This document shows positions 16,646-25,534 of a stretch of 42,107 nt of DNA, piece by piece (positions within the stretch are counted from its first letter, which is position 1; the number at the start of each line of letters is the position of its first letter). The position numbers were made by a program, and so were the translations under genes. Location of the stretch: contig JBEVNX010000174.1 of NCBI GenBank assembly GCA_040507895.1, forward strand, positions 1 to 42,107. The letters are read 5' to 3'. Source of the stretch: Candidatus Binatia bacterium (lineage in GTDB: Bacteria > Desulfobacterota > Binatia > JACPRU01). Under the pieces are notes generated by a model. The model saw nothing but the letters and a program-made list of their open reading frames with translations. It had not been told where the DNA came from and ran no database searches.

Positions 16646-17404
16646 TCAGTCGACTCCGAGCAGCGCCGGCAGTTCGGTGAGATTGCGGATCGCGTAGTCG
16701 GGTGGCGCCACCTCGGGCGGGAACTCTCCCTTGTTCTCCGACAGCCAGACCACGGGAATGCCCGAGGCGCGTGCCCCGGCGACGTCCTCGCGAGCGGTGT
16801 CGCCGGCGAACAGGACCTCGTGCGGCGCGAGCCCGAGCTCGTCGACGAGCCGGCGGAAGATCTCCGGATTCGGCTTGCGCAAACGAACCTCGGCCGAGAT
16901 GACGATCACTTCGAAGTATTGCGCGACGCCGGTGTCCGCGATGATCTCGCGGCCGGTCCGGGCGTCGTCGAAATTGGAGAGGATGCCCATGCGGAAGCGC
17001 CGAGCGAGTCGCGGCACCACCGCCGCGTACTCCGCTGGCGCCGCGGTGACCGAGCGCACCGCGGCCATGTGCCTGCGGGTCAGCTGCTCGGCCAGCACGT
17101 CGAGGTGACTCGGCGCGCCGTCGAGGCGAGCGACGGTGCGTCGGAATCTCTCATGACACGTGATCTCAACGCCGTGCGCGGCTCGTTCCGCCTCGATCTC
17201 GCTCAGCACTCCGGTGTACGCGTCGATGAATCGGTCGAGTCGGAAAGCCGCACCGAGACCCTTCTCCAGATCGGGCACGAGCCACGGAATCGTCGTGTGG
17301 ATTCGTTTACCGCGGATCTCCATCTGCGGCAGACGGTGCGGGCTCCACTTCACGAGAGTGTCGAAGAGATCCAGAACGACCGCCTTGAAGCCGCGCTCAC
17401 CCAC
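16646..17404 (-). CDS. HAD-superfamily hydrolase
   Basis: Motif I is AVVLDLFDTLV, followed by ILSNFD and a C-terminal FAGDTAREDVAGARASGIPVVW (motif IV). Start set to GTG 17404, an 8-nt overlap with the queG end. Confidence 0.75.
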   Translation of the reverse strand: MGERGFKAVVLDLFDTLVKWSPHRLPQMEIRGKRIHTTIPWLVPDLEKGLGAAFRLDRFIDAYTGVLSEIEAERAAHGVEITCHERFRRTVARLDGAPSHLDVLAEQLTRRHMAAVRSVTAAPAEYAAVVPRLARRFRMGILSNFDDARTGREIIADTGVAQYFEVIVISAEVRLRKPNPEIFRRLVDELGLAPHEVLFAGDTAREDVAGARASGIPVVWLSENKGEFPPEVAPPDYAIRNLTELPALLGVD

Positions 17405-18518
17405 CCGCGTTCTCCAGTGCCTCCAGGATCTCCTCCCGCACCCACGGATCGGCCTCGCGCGCCAGGCGCGCGCGCAGCGGAAGAGACGAGGCCAATCGGC
17501 CGAGGGCCCACGCGGCATGTCCGCGCACCAGCGCCTGCGGGTGATCGAGCGCGGCCGACAACGGCCCGCACGCCCTCGCGTCGCCGAGATTGCCGAGCGC
17601 GACGCAGGCGTTGCGCAAGAGCCCGGCGTACTTGGCGCGCAGTAGCGGGCGCCCCGCGAAGCGCTTGCGGAACTCGGCCTCGGAAAGCGACAAGAGCTCG
17701 ACGAGATCTGGGAACGCATCGTCGCTCCGCGTCGCCGAGAACTCCGGGAGTCCATCCGGGCGGCCGGTATCGTTCACGGGGCAAGCCTCCTGGCAGAGAT
17801 CGCAGCCGAACACCCAGTCACCGATTCGAGGACGAAGCTCGCGCGGGATCGGCCCGCGGTTCTCGATCGTGTGATAGGCGATGCAGAGATCGTTGACCAG
17901 CTCGTACTCCGAGCGGAGCGCGCCGGTCGGACAGACCGGCAGGCAGCGCGTGCAAGCGCCGCAGCTCTGCGGGGCCGAAGCGTCCGGCGCGAGCTCGACG
18001 CTGGTGAGGATCGCCGCCAGGAAGGTGTACGAGCCGATGCCGCGGGCGAGCAGCATCGTGTTCTTGCCTTGCCAGCCGAGACCCGCGGTGCGCGCGTAGG
18101 CGCGCTCGGCGAGCGGCCCGTGGTCGACCAGCACGCGGCTGCGCGCGCTCGCGTCCCTCGCGGTCAGCAGCCGGACGAGTGGACGCGCGCGCTTCTCGAG
18201 CACACGATGGTAGTCCCGGCCCCACGCGTAGCGCGCCACACGTCCAGTCAGCGCGTCCGGACGGCGCGCCGGGGCGGGCCTCCAATAGGAAGCGGCCAGC
18301 AAGATCAGCGATCGCGCCTCCGGCAGCGTGCGCCTGGGGTCCGTCGCCCGCACCACGCGTGCTTCGTCGAACCACGGAAGTCCGGCGAAGCTCCCCTGCC
18401 GGACGCGCTCGAGTGTGATCGCCCGGGCTTCGGCGTCCTCCTCCGCCCTCGCCACGGCCATCCTCACGAAGCCCTGGCGTCGCGCCAGCGCCGCCAACGC
18501 TTCCTTGATGTCGCTCAT
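17397..18518 (-). CDS. queG: Epoxyqueuosine reductase
   Basis: 373 aa from ATG 18518 (MSDIKEALAAL..). Two ferredoxin-type clusters are present (CGACTRCLPVCPTGA, CDLCQEACP), with GWQGKNTMLL and a HEAT-like C-terminus. The remainder of the 915-aa track ORF upstream is shadow sequence. Confidence 0.9.
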   Translation of the reverse strand: MSDIKEALAALARRQGFVRMAVARAEEDAEARAITLERVRQGSFAGLPWFDEARVVRATDPRRTLPEARSLILLAASYWRPAPARRPDALTGRVARYAWGRDYHRVLEKRARPLVRLLTARDASARSRVLVDHGPLAERAYARTAGLGWQGKNTMLLARGIGSYTFLAAILTSVELAPDASAPQSCGACTRCLPVCPTGALRSEYELVNDLCIAYHTIENRGPIPRELRPRIGDWVFGCDLCQEACPVNDTGRPDGLPEFSATRSDDAFPDLVELLSLSEAEFRKRFAGRPLLRAKYAGLLRNACVALGNLGDARACGPLSAALDHPQALVRGHAAWALGRLASSLPLRARLAREADPWVREEILEALENAGG

Positions 18519-19339
18519 TTCTCTTCGACGATCGCGATGGCGCGCAGCGGCCCGCCGCTGCCTCCGGCAATCTTCATCGGCAACGCCACCACCGTGATCC
18601 CGGTCGGCGGCAAGCGCTCGAGGTTCGCGAGGTTCTCCATCGCCGGTACGTCGTGGGTCATGAGCTCGACGTGTGCTTCGAAGCCCGTCGACTGCCCGTA
18701 GTCGATGCTGGCGGTGTCCAGGCCGACCGCCTTGATCTTCCGCTCCTTCACGAGCCACGCGGCCGCAGCGGGATCGAGGCCGGGGAAATGGAGCTCGGCG
18801 ACCGCGGCCGCGCCGCGCTCGTCGGTTCCGAGATATTTCTTGCGGTCGGGCCAATACTTCGCGAACCCCGTGCGCAGCAGCACGATCGAGTGAGGGGGAA
18901 TCTCGCGACGAGCTTTCTCCCACTCGCGGAAGTCCTCGATCGAGATGCGGTAGTCGCGATCGGCGAGACACTTTCGGGACACGTCCACCATGACCGCCGA
19001 GCCAACAAGGCGGTCGAGTGGGATCGCGTCGACCGTGCTCCCGTCCTTGGCAAAGTGCGCGGGAGCGTCGATGTGCGTCCCGCCGTGCTCGGGCGCGGAG
19101 AATTTGTTGGAGCGATAGTAATAGCCCCGACTGGTCAGCCCGTCGTGTTCCTTTTCCAGCACGAAGCCGCTCTCGGTCGGCCAGAATATCGTCTGCGCGT
19201 CGTAGGGATGGCTGAGATCGACTATGCCGCCCTTGGGCAAGGCGGCCGTAGCCGCGGCCAGCACGATCGGTAGAATAGCGGCGACCACGAGCATTCCAAG
19301 CCTCCGGCGTCGAGAGTTCGATCGTCGACGCGTTGGCAC
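18515..19339 (-). CDS. Cyclase-family protein (kynurenine formamidase-like) with N-terminal signal peptide
   Basis: DLSHPY..FWP, SAPEHGGTHIDAPAHF and AVGLDTASIDY are cyclase (PF04199) hallmarks. The N-terminus RRRSNSRRRRLGMLVVAAILPIVLAAATA looks like an export (possibly Tat) signal. The stop overlaps the queG ATG (ATGA). Confidence 0.8.
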   Translation of the reverse strand: MPTRRRSNSRRRRLGMLVVAAILPIVLAAATAALPKGGIVDLSHPYDAQTIFWPTESGFVLEKEHDGLTSRGYYYRSNKFSAPEHGGTHIDAPAHFAKDGSTVDAIPLDRLVGSAVMVDVSRKCLADRDYRISIEDFREWEKARREIPPHSIVLLRTGFAKYWPDRKKYLGTDERGAAAVAELHFPGLDPAAAAWLVKERKIKAVGLDTASIDYGQSTGFEAHVELMTHDVPAMENLANLERLPPTGITVVALPMKIAGGSGGPLRAIAIVEEK

Positions 19340-19373
19340 ACCTTCTCATCTGTGATAGCGCCGAGACAAGAGC

Positions 19374-20855
19374 ATGACGGCCGGTGTACCCGAGCGTAGC
19401 CTCGAGCAAGAGCTCCGAGAGCTGCGCACGATCAACCAGCTGATCGGCACGCTCACCTCGACGCTCGAGCTCCCCGAGATCCTGCGCATCGTGCTCGGTC
19501 GCCTGAAGAGCCTGACACAGGCCGAAGCGCTCTCGCTCATGTTGTACGACGCGGAGCGCGACGAGCTGGTGTTCGCCGCCACCGAGACGTTGCGGGAGAA
19601 CGACGTCGTCGGCTTGCGGTTGCCGCCTTCGCAAAGTCTCGCGAGCTGGGTCGCGCGCAGCGGCGAGAGCGCGATTGTCAACGACGTCGAGAGCGATCCG
19701 CGCTTCTACGCCGCGATCGACCGCGCCTCCGGCTTCCGGACGCGCAGCCTTTTGTGCGTCCCGCTGCGTCGAGCGGGCCAGGTCGTCGGGGTCCTCGAGG
19801 TCGCGAACCGGTACGACACCGTGCCGTTCGACGAGGGGAATCGCCGGCTCCTGGAAAATCTCGCCGCCGAGGTCGGCGACGCCTGCGATCCGGACTCGTT
19901 GTGCCACGACCCGCAGGCGATGCGCCGAATCCTCGCCCGGGCGGTCACGCTCGTGCCGAGCGAAGCGGCGTCGCTCTTGCTCGTCGATCCCACCGGCCGC
20001 GAGCTCGTGTTCCGCGCTTCGCGGGCGATGCAACCCGGCGTCATCGACGGCCTGCGCCTGCCGGCGGACCACGGGATCGCCGGCTGGGTGGCGCGCCATC
20101 GCGAGGCGGTGCGGCTCGAGGACGCCGCCGGCGATCCTCGACACTTCAGCGGCGTCGAGCAGCAGACGGGCCTCGTGGCACGTACCATGATCTGCGTACC
20201 GATGGTGAGCAAGGAGACGCTACGCGGGGTGATCCAGATCATCAACAAAATGGATGGCTCGAGCTTTACCGAAGCCGAGCTGCGGCTGGCGCAGACGCTC
20301 GCTGATCAAGCCGCGATCGCGATCGAGAATGCTTCGCTCTACCGGCAAGCTTATCTCGCCTCGATCACCGACGACCTGACCGGGCTCGGCAACACGCGCC
20401 ACTTCAACGAGAGCCTGGTCAAGCTGATCGCGCACGGACGTCCGGTCTCGCTCGTTATCCTCGACCTCGACAACTTCAAGCAGGTGGTGGACGGGTACGG
20501 TCACCTCGTCGGGGCGCGCACGATCGCGCAGATCGGGCGCATGATCGGGCATCTCGTGCGTCCCGGCGACGTCGCGGCTCGCTTCGGCGGCGACGAGTTC
20601 GTGATCGCGATGCCCGATACCGAGGAGCCCGAAGCGCTGCGCCTCGCCAACGTCATTCGGCAAGCGATCGAGGCGTGCGACCGCCTGGAAGGAGAGAGGG
20701 TCGATCTCTCGGGCGTGACCGCCAGCTTCGGGGTGGCGACCTTCCCCGACGACGCGCGCGATGCCGAGAAGCTGTTCCGTGCCGCGGACGCGGCGATGTA
20801 TGCGGTCAAGCGCTCGACGAAGAACCGCGTGGCTTCAGCCGCGAAAGAAAACTAG
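19374..20855 (+). CDS. GAF-GAF-GGDEF diguanylate cyclase
   Basis: Two GAF-like units (..GLRLPPSQSLASWVARSGES.., ..GLRLPADHGIAGWVARHREA..) precede a GGDEF domain. That domain has an intact ARFGGDEF active site and an RPGD (RxxD) I-site 5 residues upstream. Confidence 0.9.
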   Translation: MTAGVPERSLEQELRELRTINQLIGTLTSTLELPEILRIVLGRLKSLTQAEALSLMLYDAERDELVFAATETLRENDVVGLRLPPSQSLASWVARSGESAIVNDVESDPRFYAAIDRASGFRTRSLLCVPLRRAGQVVGVLEVANRYDTVPFDEGNRRLLENLAAEVGDACDPDSLCHDPQAMRRILARAVTLVPSEAASLLLVDPTGRELVFRASRAMQPGVIDGLRLPADHGIAGWVARHREAVRLEDAAGDPRHFSGVEQQTGLVARTMICVPMVSKETLRGVIQIINKMDGSSFTEAELRLAQTLADQAAIAIENASLYRQAYLASITDDLTGLGNTRHFNESLVKLIAHGRPVSLVILDLDNFKQVVDGYGHLVGARTIAQIGRMIGHLVRPGDVAARFGGDEFVIAMPDTEEPEALRLANVIRQAIEACDRLEGERVDLSGVTASFGVATFPDDARDAEKLFRAADAAMYAVKRSTKNRVASAAKEN

Positions 20856-22151
20856 CGTGACGAGCCCGAAGAGCGGCACCAGGATGCCGCACGACCACGC
20901 CATGTAGCCGAAGAAGCTCGGCATCTCGACGCCCTGCTCCTCCGCGATCGCCTTGACCATGAAGTTCGGGCCGTTGCCGATGTAGCTGTTGGCTCCCATC
21001 ATCACCGAGCCGCAGGAGATCGCCGCCAAGAGCTGCTCTGATACCGGCCCGCCCGCCATGTGCACCGCGGCCTGGCCGGGCTCGTGCAATCCCTGTGCGA
21101 GCGCCGCGAACGTCAGATACGTCGGCGCGTTGTCGAGGAATGAAGAGAGCATTCCGGAGAGCCAGTAGAAGTGCCACGGCTCGCTCACGCCGAACTCGCC
21201 GCCGCGCGCGCGCAGGATCTCGAGCGCCGGAATCATCGTCGCGAAGATGCCGGCGAAGAGCACGGCGACCTCCTGGATCGGGCCGAAGCCGAACGAGTTC
21301 TCTTTGCGGAGCTCCGCCGGCGTGGTCGCTAACGAAAGCGCCGACATCGCCAACATGGCTCCGAGACGCACCGTCTCGCGGATCCATCCTTCCGGAAGCG
21401 CGGGACTGAACAGCACCGCTAAGACCACGCCGAGCAGGTAGAGGAAATTGAGCCCACCGGCTATGCGAAGCGGCTGGTACTGCCGCATATCCTCCTTGGT
21501 CGCAGCGGGCTCCTCGCGCGCCACGGCCAGGCGATCGAGAACGTAGAAAATGCCTAGCAGGGCCAGTACGACGAACAGCCACTGGGGGACGAGGCGCATC
21601 GTCCAGAAGAACGGCACGCCGCGGAGGTAACCGAGGAAAAGCGGCGGGTCACCGAGCGGAGTCAGCAAGCCCGCGCAATTCGATACCACGAAGATGAAGA
21701 AGATCGGCACGTGCCCGACGTGCTTGCGCTCCGGACAATTGGTACGCAGCAGCGGCCGGACGAGTAGCATGCTAGCTCCCGTGGTGCCGATCAGGTTTGC
21801 GAGTAGCGCGCCGACCGCCAGGAAGGCCGTGTTGACCTCCGGCGTGGCACGCAGATCGCCGCGCAGCACGATACCACCCGAGATCACGAACAGCGCGCCG
21901 AGAAGCACGATGAACGAGATGTATTCGAGGGCCGTGTGTACGACGACGCCAGCATCGAACGTGGCGACGTAGAGCACGACCGGCACGCCCAGGATCGCGC
22001 TGAACAACCCCTTGCTGCGGTTGTTTTCCCAGAAGTGCGGCCAGCGGAGGGGTATGAGGGCAATGCCTAGCAGCGTGAACGCGAACGGCAGCATCGATGC
22101 GGTCGGCAGGAGATGGCCGAGATCGGCAGCCGTAGCCCCTTCCGTGCTCAC
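20835..22151 (-). CDS. ArsB/NhaD-superfamily ion transporter (putative Na+/H+ antiporter-like permease)
   Basis: 438 aa, polytopic and hydrophobic throughout. The general pattern matches the CitMHS/ArsB/NhaD permease family. GTG start has no SD, so the start is uncertain. The 3' end overlaps the convergent GGDEF gene by 21 nt. Confidence 0.7.
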   Translation of the reverse strand: MSTEGATAADLGHLLPTASMLPFAFTLLGIALIPLRWPHFWENNRSKGLFSAILGVPVVLYVATFDAGVVVHTALEYISFIVLLGALFVISGGIVLRGDLRATPEVNTAFLAVGALLANLIGTTGASMLLVRPLLRTNCPERKHVGHVPIFFIFVVSNCAGLLTPLGDPPLFLGYLRGVPFFWTMRLVPQWLFVVLALLGIFYVLDRLAVAREEPAATKEDMRQYQPLRIAGGLNFLYLLGVVLAVLFSPALPEGWIRETVRLGAMLAMSALSLATTPAELRKENSFGFGPIQEVAVLFAGIFATMIPALEILRARGGEFGVSEPWHFYWLSGMLSSFLDNAPTYLTFAALAQGLHEPGQAAVHMAGGPVSEQLLAAISCGSVMMGANSYIGNGPNFMVKAIAEEQGVEMPSFFGYMAWSCGILVPLFGLVTLVFFRG

Positions 22152-22183
22152 GATGGGGGGGCAGTATCGAAAGCCGCTCAGCG

Positions 22184-22196
22184 GGTCAACTTGACC
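22184..22196. promoter_or_regulatory. Perfect 13-bp palindrome upstream of the permease gene
   Basis: GGTCAA-C-TTGACC lies 33-45 nt upstream of GTG 22151. Each half reads as a -35-like TTGACC on one strand. Confidence 0.2.
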
Positions 22197-22260
22197 GATC
22201 GAGATCGCCTCATCTAGAACGTCGTCCTTCTGCCCAGCACCCGCTCCGCTTCCGCGGCAC

Positions 22261-25200
22261 TCATGCGGTGATCGAAACCGATCTGCGACTCATCTGCCTC
22301 TCCCGCCAGATCGAGTAGATCGCCGGATAGACGAGCAGCTCCATCAGGAACGAGGTCGAGATCCCGCCGACCATCGGCGCGGCGATGCGCTTCATCACGT
22401 CGGCGCCCGTGCCTTGCGACCAGAGGATCGGCAAGAGCCCGAGCAACATCACTCCGACCGTCATCACCTTGGGACGGAGGCGCTTGACTGCTCCCTCGAT
22501 GATCGCCTCGCGGAGATCATCCGATGACCGGAGCCTGTCTTGCCGGCGCCGCTCCTCGAGCGCGAGGTCGAGATACAGCAGCATGAACACGCCCGTTTCG
22601 GCGTCGACGCCGAGAAGCGCGATCAGCCCCACCCAGACTGCGACCGACATGTTGTAGTCGAGGAGCCAGAGCAGCCAAATCGCACCCACCGCGGAGAACG
22701 GCACCGCCAGGAGGATGATCAGCGTCTTGGTGATCGAGCCGGTGTTCACGAAGAGCAGGATGAAGACGATCAGCAAGGTGAATGGAACGACGACGGCGAG
22801 CCTCGCGCTCGCTCGTTCGAGATACTGAAATTGCCCCGCCCATTCGAGGTGATAGCCGGGCGGAAGCTTCACCCGCTCCTCGACGGTCCGCTTCCCCTCG
22901 GCCACGTAGCCGCCGAGGTCGCGCTCCGCGACGTCGACGAACACGTAGCCGGCGATCTGCCCGTTCTCGTCGTGGATCGACGGCGGAGCGGTCGAGATGG
23001 AAACATCGGAGAGCTCGGCGAGCGGGATCTGCGCTCCGCCGGGAGCGGAGACGAGGACGCGTTCCAGACTCTGGAGATCGCTCCTCTCGTCCCTCACGTA
23101 GCGCACGCTGATCGAGTAACGCTCCCGGCCCTCGACGGTTTGCGACACGCTGGCTCCGCCGATCGCCGATTCGATGACGTCCTGGACGTCTCCGACAGTG
23201 AGCCCGTAGCGGGCGATCGCTTCGCGCCTGACCGTGAAGTCCAGGTAGTAGCCGCCCGTCGTCCGCTCAGCGAAGGCGCTGCGCGTGCCAGGCACCAAGG
23301 CGAGCGCATGCTCGATCTCCGTCGAGATGCGGCCGATCTCCCCGAGGTCTGGGCCGAACACCTTGACGCCCAGTACGCTGCGGATGCCTGTGGCGAGCAT
23401 CTCGGTGCGAGTCTGGATCGGCATCCACCAGATATTCGGCATGCCGGGGAAACGGACGGTGCGGTCGAGCTCGTCGAGGAGCTTGTCCCACGTCATGCCC
23501 GCGCGCCACTCGCTCTGCGGTTTCAGCGTGACGAGGGTCTCGAACATGTTGATCGGAGCGGGATCCGTCGGCGTCTCGGCGCGACCGACCTTGCCGAAGA
23601 CGGTTGCGACCTCGGGGACCTGTTTGATCATCCGATCCTGCGTCTGGATCGCGCCGCGTGCCTGCGTGATCGACATGCCCGGCAGCGCCGTCGGCATGAA
23701 GAGGATCGTCCCCTCGTTCAAGGGCGGCATGAACTCCGAGCCGAGGCGAGAATAGATCGGCACCGTCACTGCGACGACGAGAACTGCCAATCCCACCGTG
23801 AGCCAGCGGAAATGCAACACCGCCTGGATTAGCGGGTGGTAGGCCCTCATGAGAGGCCGGCTGATGGGATGGTTTTCCTCGTCGTGGATGGTCCCGATCA
23901 GCACGGCGTTGGCCATCCGACAGAGCCAGGCGGGGCGGAAGCGGAAGCGGCCTGGGCGTAAGAGGAGCAGGAGCAGAGCCGGCGTGAGCGTGATCGCCAG
24001 CACGGCGGCGATGGCCATGGAGAAGTTCTTCGTGAAGGCGAGCGGCTTGAAGAGACGCCCTTCCTGCGCCTCGAGGGCGAAGATCGGCAAGAAGGACACG
24101 GCGATCACCAGAAGGGAAAAGAAGCTCGGGCCGCCCACTTCCTTCACGGCTTGCACGACGACGTCCCGGAAGCTTCCTACGCGTCCGGCGGCGTGCCAGC
24201 GCTCGAGCTTCTTGTGAGTTTGCTCCACGACCACGATCGCCGCATCGACCATGGCGCCGATCGCCACCGCGATCCCACCGAGCGACATGATGTTGGCGGT
24301 GATTCCCATCGCAGCCATCGGAATGAACGACAGAGTGACGGCGATCGGAATCGTGACGATCGGGATGATCGCGCTCGGAACGTGCCACAGGAAGACGAGG
24401 ATCACGAGGCTGACGATCAGCAGCTCTTCCATGAGCGTGTGCTTCAACGTGTCGATCGCCCGCTCGATCAGCGTCGAGCGATCGTACGTGGTCACCACCT
24501 CGACGCCGGCGGGTAGCGACTTCCTCACTTCTTCGAGCTTTCTTTTGACGCCATCGATCACGCGCAGCGCGTTCTCTCCGTGGCGCATCACGACCACGCC
24601 GCCGACCGCCTCTCCGTCGCCGTTCAACTCGACGAGACCGCGGCGAAGGTCTGGGCCGAGGTGGACGTCGCCCACGTCGCGGAGGAGGATCGGCGTGCCG
24701 TCGTTCGTGCCCACGGCGATCGACTCGATATCTGCGACGGACCGTACGTAGCCGCGCCCGCGCACCATGTACTCGATGCCGTTGAATTCAACGAGGCGGC
24801 CGCCGACTTCGTTGTTCGAGCGCCGGATCGCCTCGATGACTTCGCGTAGCGGCAAGCGATGGGCGAGCAGCGTCGCCGGCTTGATCTCGACTTGGTACTG
24901 CTTGACGAAGCCGCCCACCGAAGCGACTTCGGCGACGCCAGGCACTGCCTCAAGCCAGTAGCGAAGGTACCAATCCTGGAAGGAACGAAGCTCCGCCAAC
25001 GTGTGCGTGCCGCTCTTGTCGGTCAGAGCGTACTCGTAGACCCATCCGACTCCCGTTGCGTCGGGCCCGAGCCGCGGGCTCACCCCTTCGGGCAGGCGTC
25101 CGCCGATCCCCTGCATGTACTCGAGGACGCGGCTGCGAGCCCAGTAGAGATCCGTGCCGTCCTGGAAGACGACATTCACGAACGAATAGCCGAACATCGA

Positions 25201-25455
25201 CTCGCCGCGCACGTACTTGACCTTCGGCGCCGCGATCATCGTACTGATGATCGGATAGGTGACCTGGTCCTCGACGATGTCAGGGCTCCGGCCCGGCCAA
25301 TCGGTGAAGACGATGACCTGCACGTCCGACAGCTCGGGAATCGCGTCGAGCGGACTTTGGCGGATCGACCAGACGCCAGCCGCGACCGCAAACGAGACGA
25401 GCAGGACGATCAAGAAGCGGTTGCGGGCGCTGTACTCGATGACTCGATCGATCAT
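22261..25455 (-). CDS. cusA: Heavy-metal efflux RND pump, CusA-type (Cu(I)/Ag(I))
   Basis: 1064 aa with 12-TM RND architecture. The TM4 motif [27 protein letters not shown] closely matches E. coli CusA ([26 protein letters not shown]) rather than the CzcA-type DFG-DGA-VEN motif. Confidence 0.93.
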   Translation of the reverse strand: [1064 protein letters not shown]

Positions 25456-25508
25456 GTTGAGTTCGCCCCCGTGCGCTGGGCGCTTCGCGCCGTGCTCCGA
25501 TGGGCGTC

Positions 25509-25533
25509 GCGCCCCGCAGTGAATTCGGGGCGC
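25509..25533 (-). other. Intercistronic GC-rich stem-loop between cusB and cusA
   Basis: GCGCCCCG / CGGGGCGC forms a perfect 8-bp stem with a 9-nt loop. It starts 1 nt after the cusB stop codon, within the 79-nt cusB-cusA spacer. No U-tract. Confidence 0.35.
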
Positions 25534-25534
25534 T

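Noticed and set aside
16641-16648. Palindromic TGAGCTCA where the hydrolase and HAD genes meet.
   Set aside because: These are simply two convergent TGA stop codons separated by 2 nt. No extended hairpin surrounds them.
15995-17896. 633-aa plus-strand ORF.
   Set aside because: The translation is low-complexity and Arg/Ala/Gly/Pro-rich. It is out of frame with the alpha/beta hydrolase and antisense to the HAD and queG genes, which have clear family motifs. This is a typical high-GC shadow ORF.
18519-20144. Upstream two-thirds of the 915-aa minus-strand track ORF (17397..20144).
   Set aside because: Only the last 373 codons (from ATG 18518) carry QueG motifs. The rest is Arg/Gly/Asp/Pro-rich shadow sequence. 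It overlaps the cyclase gene out of frame and runs antisense to the well-supported GAF-GGDEF gene.
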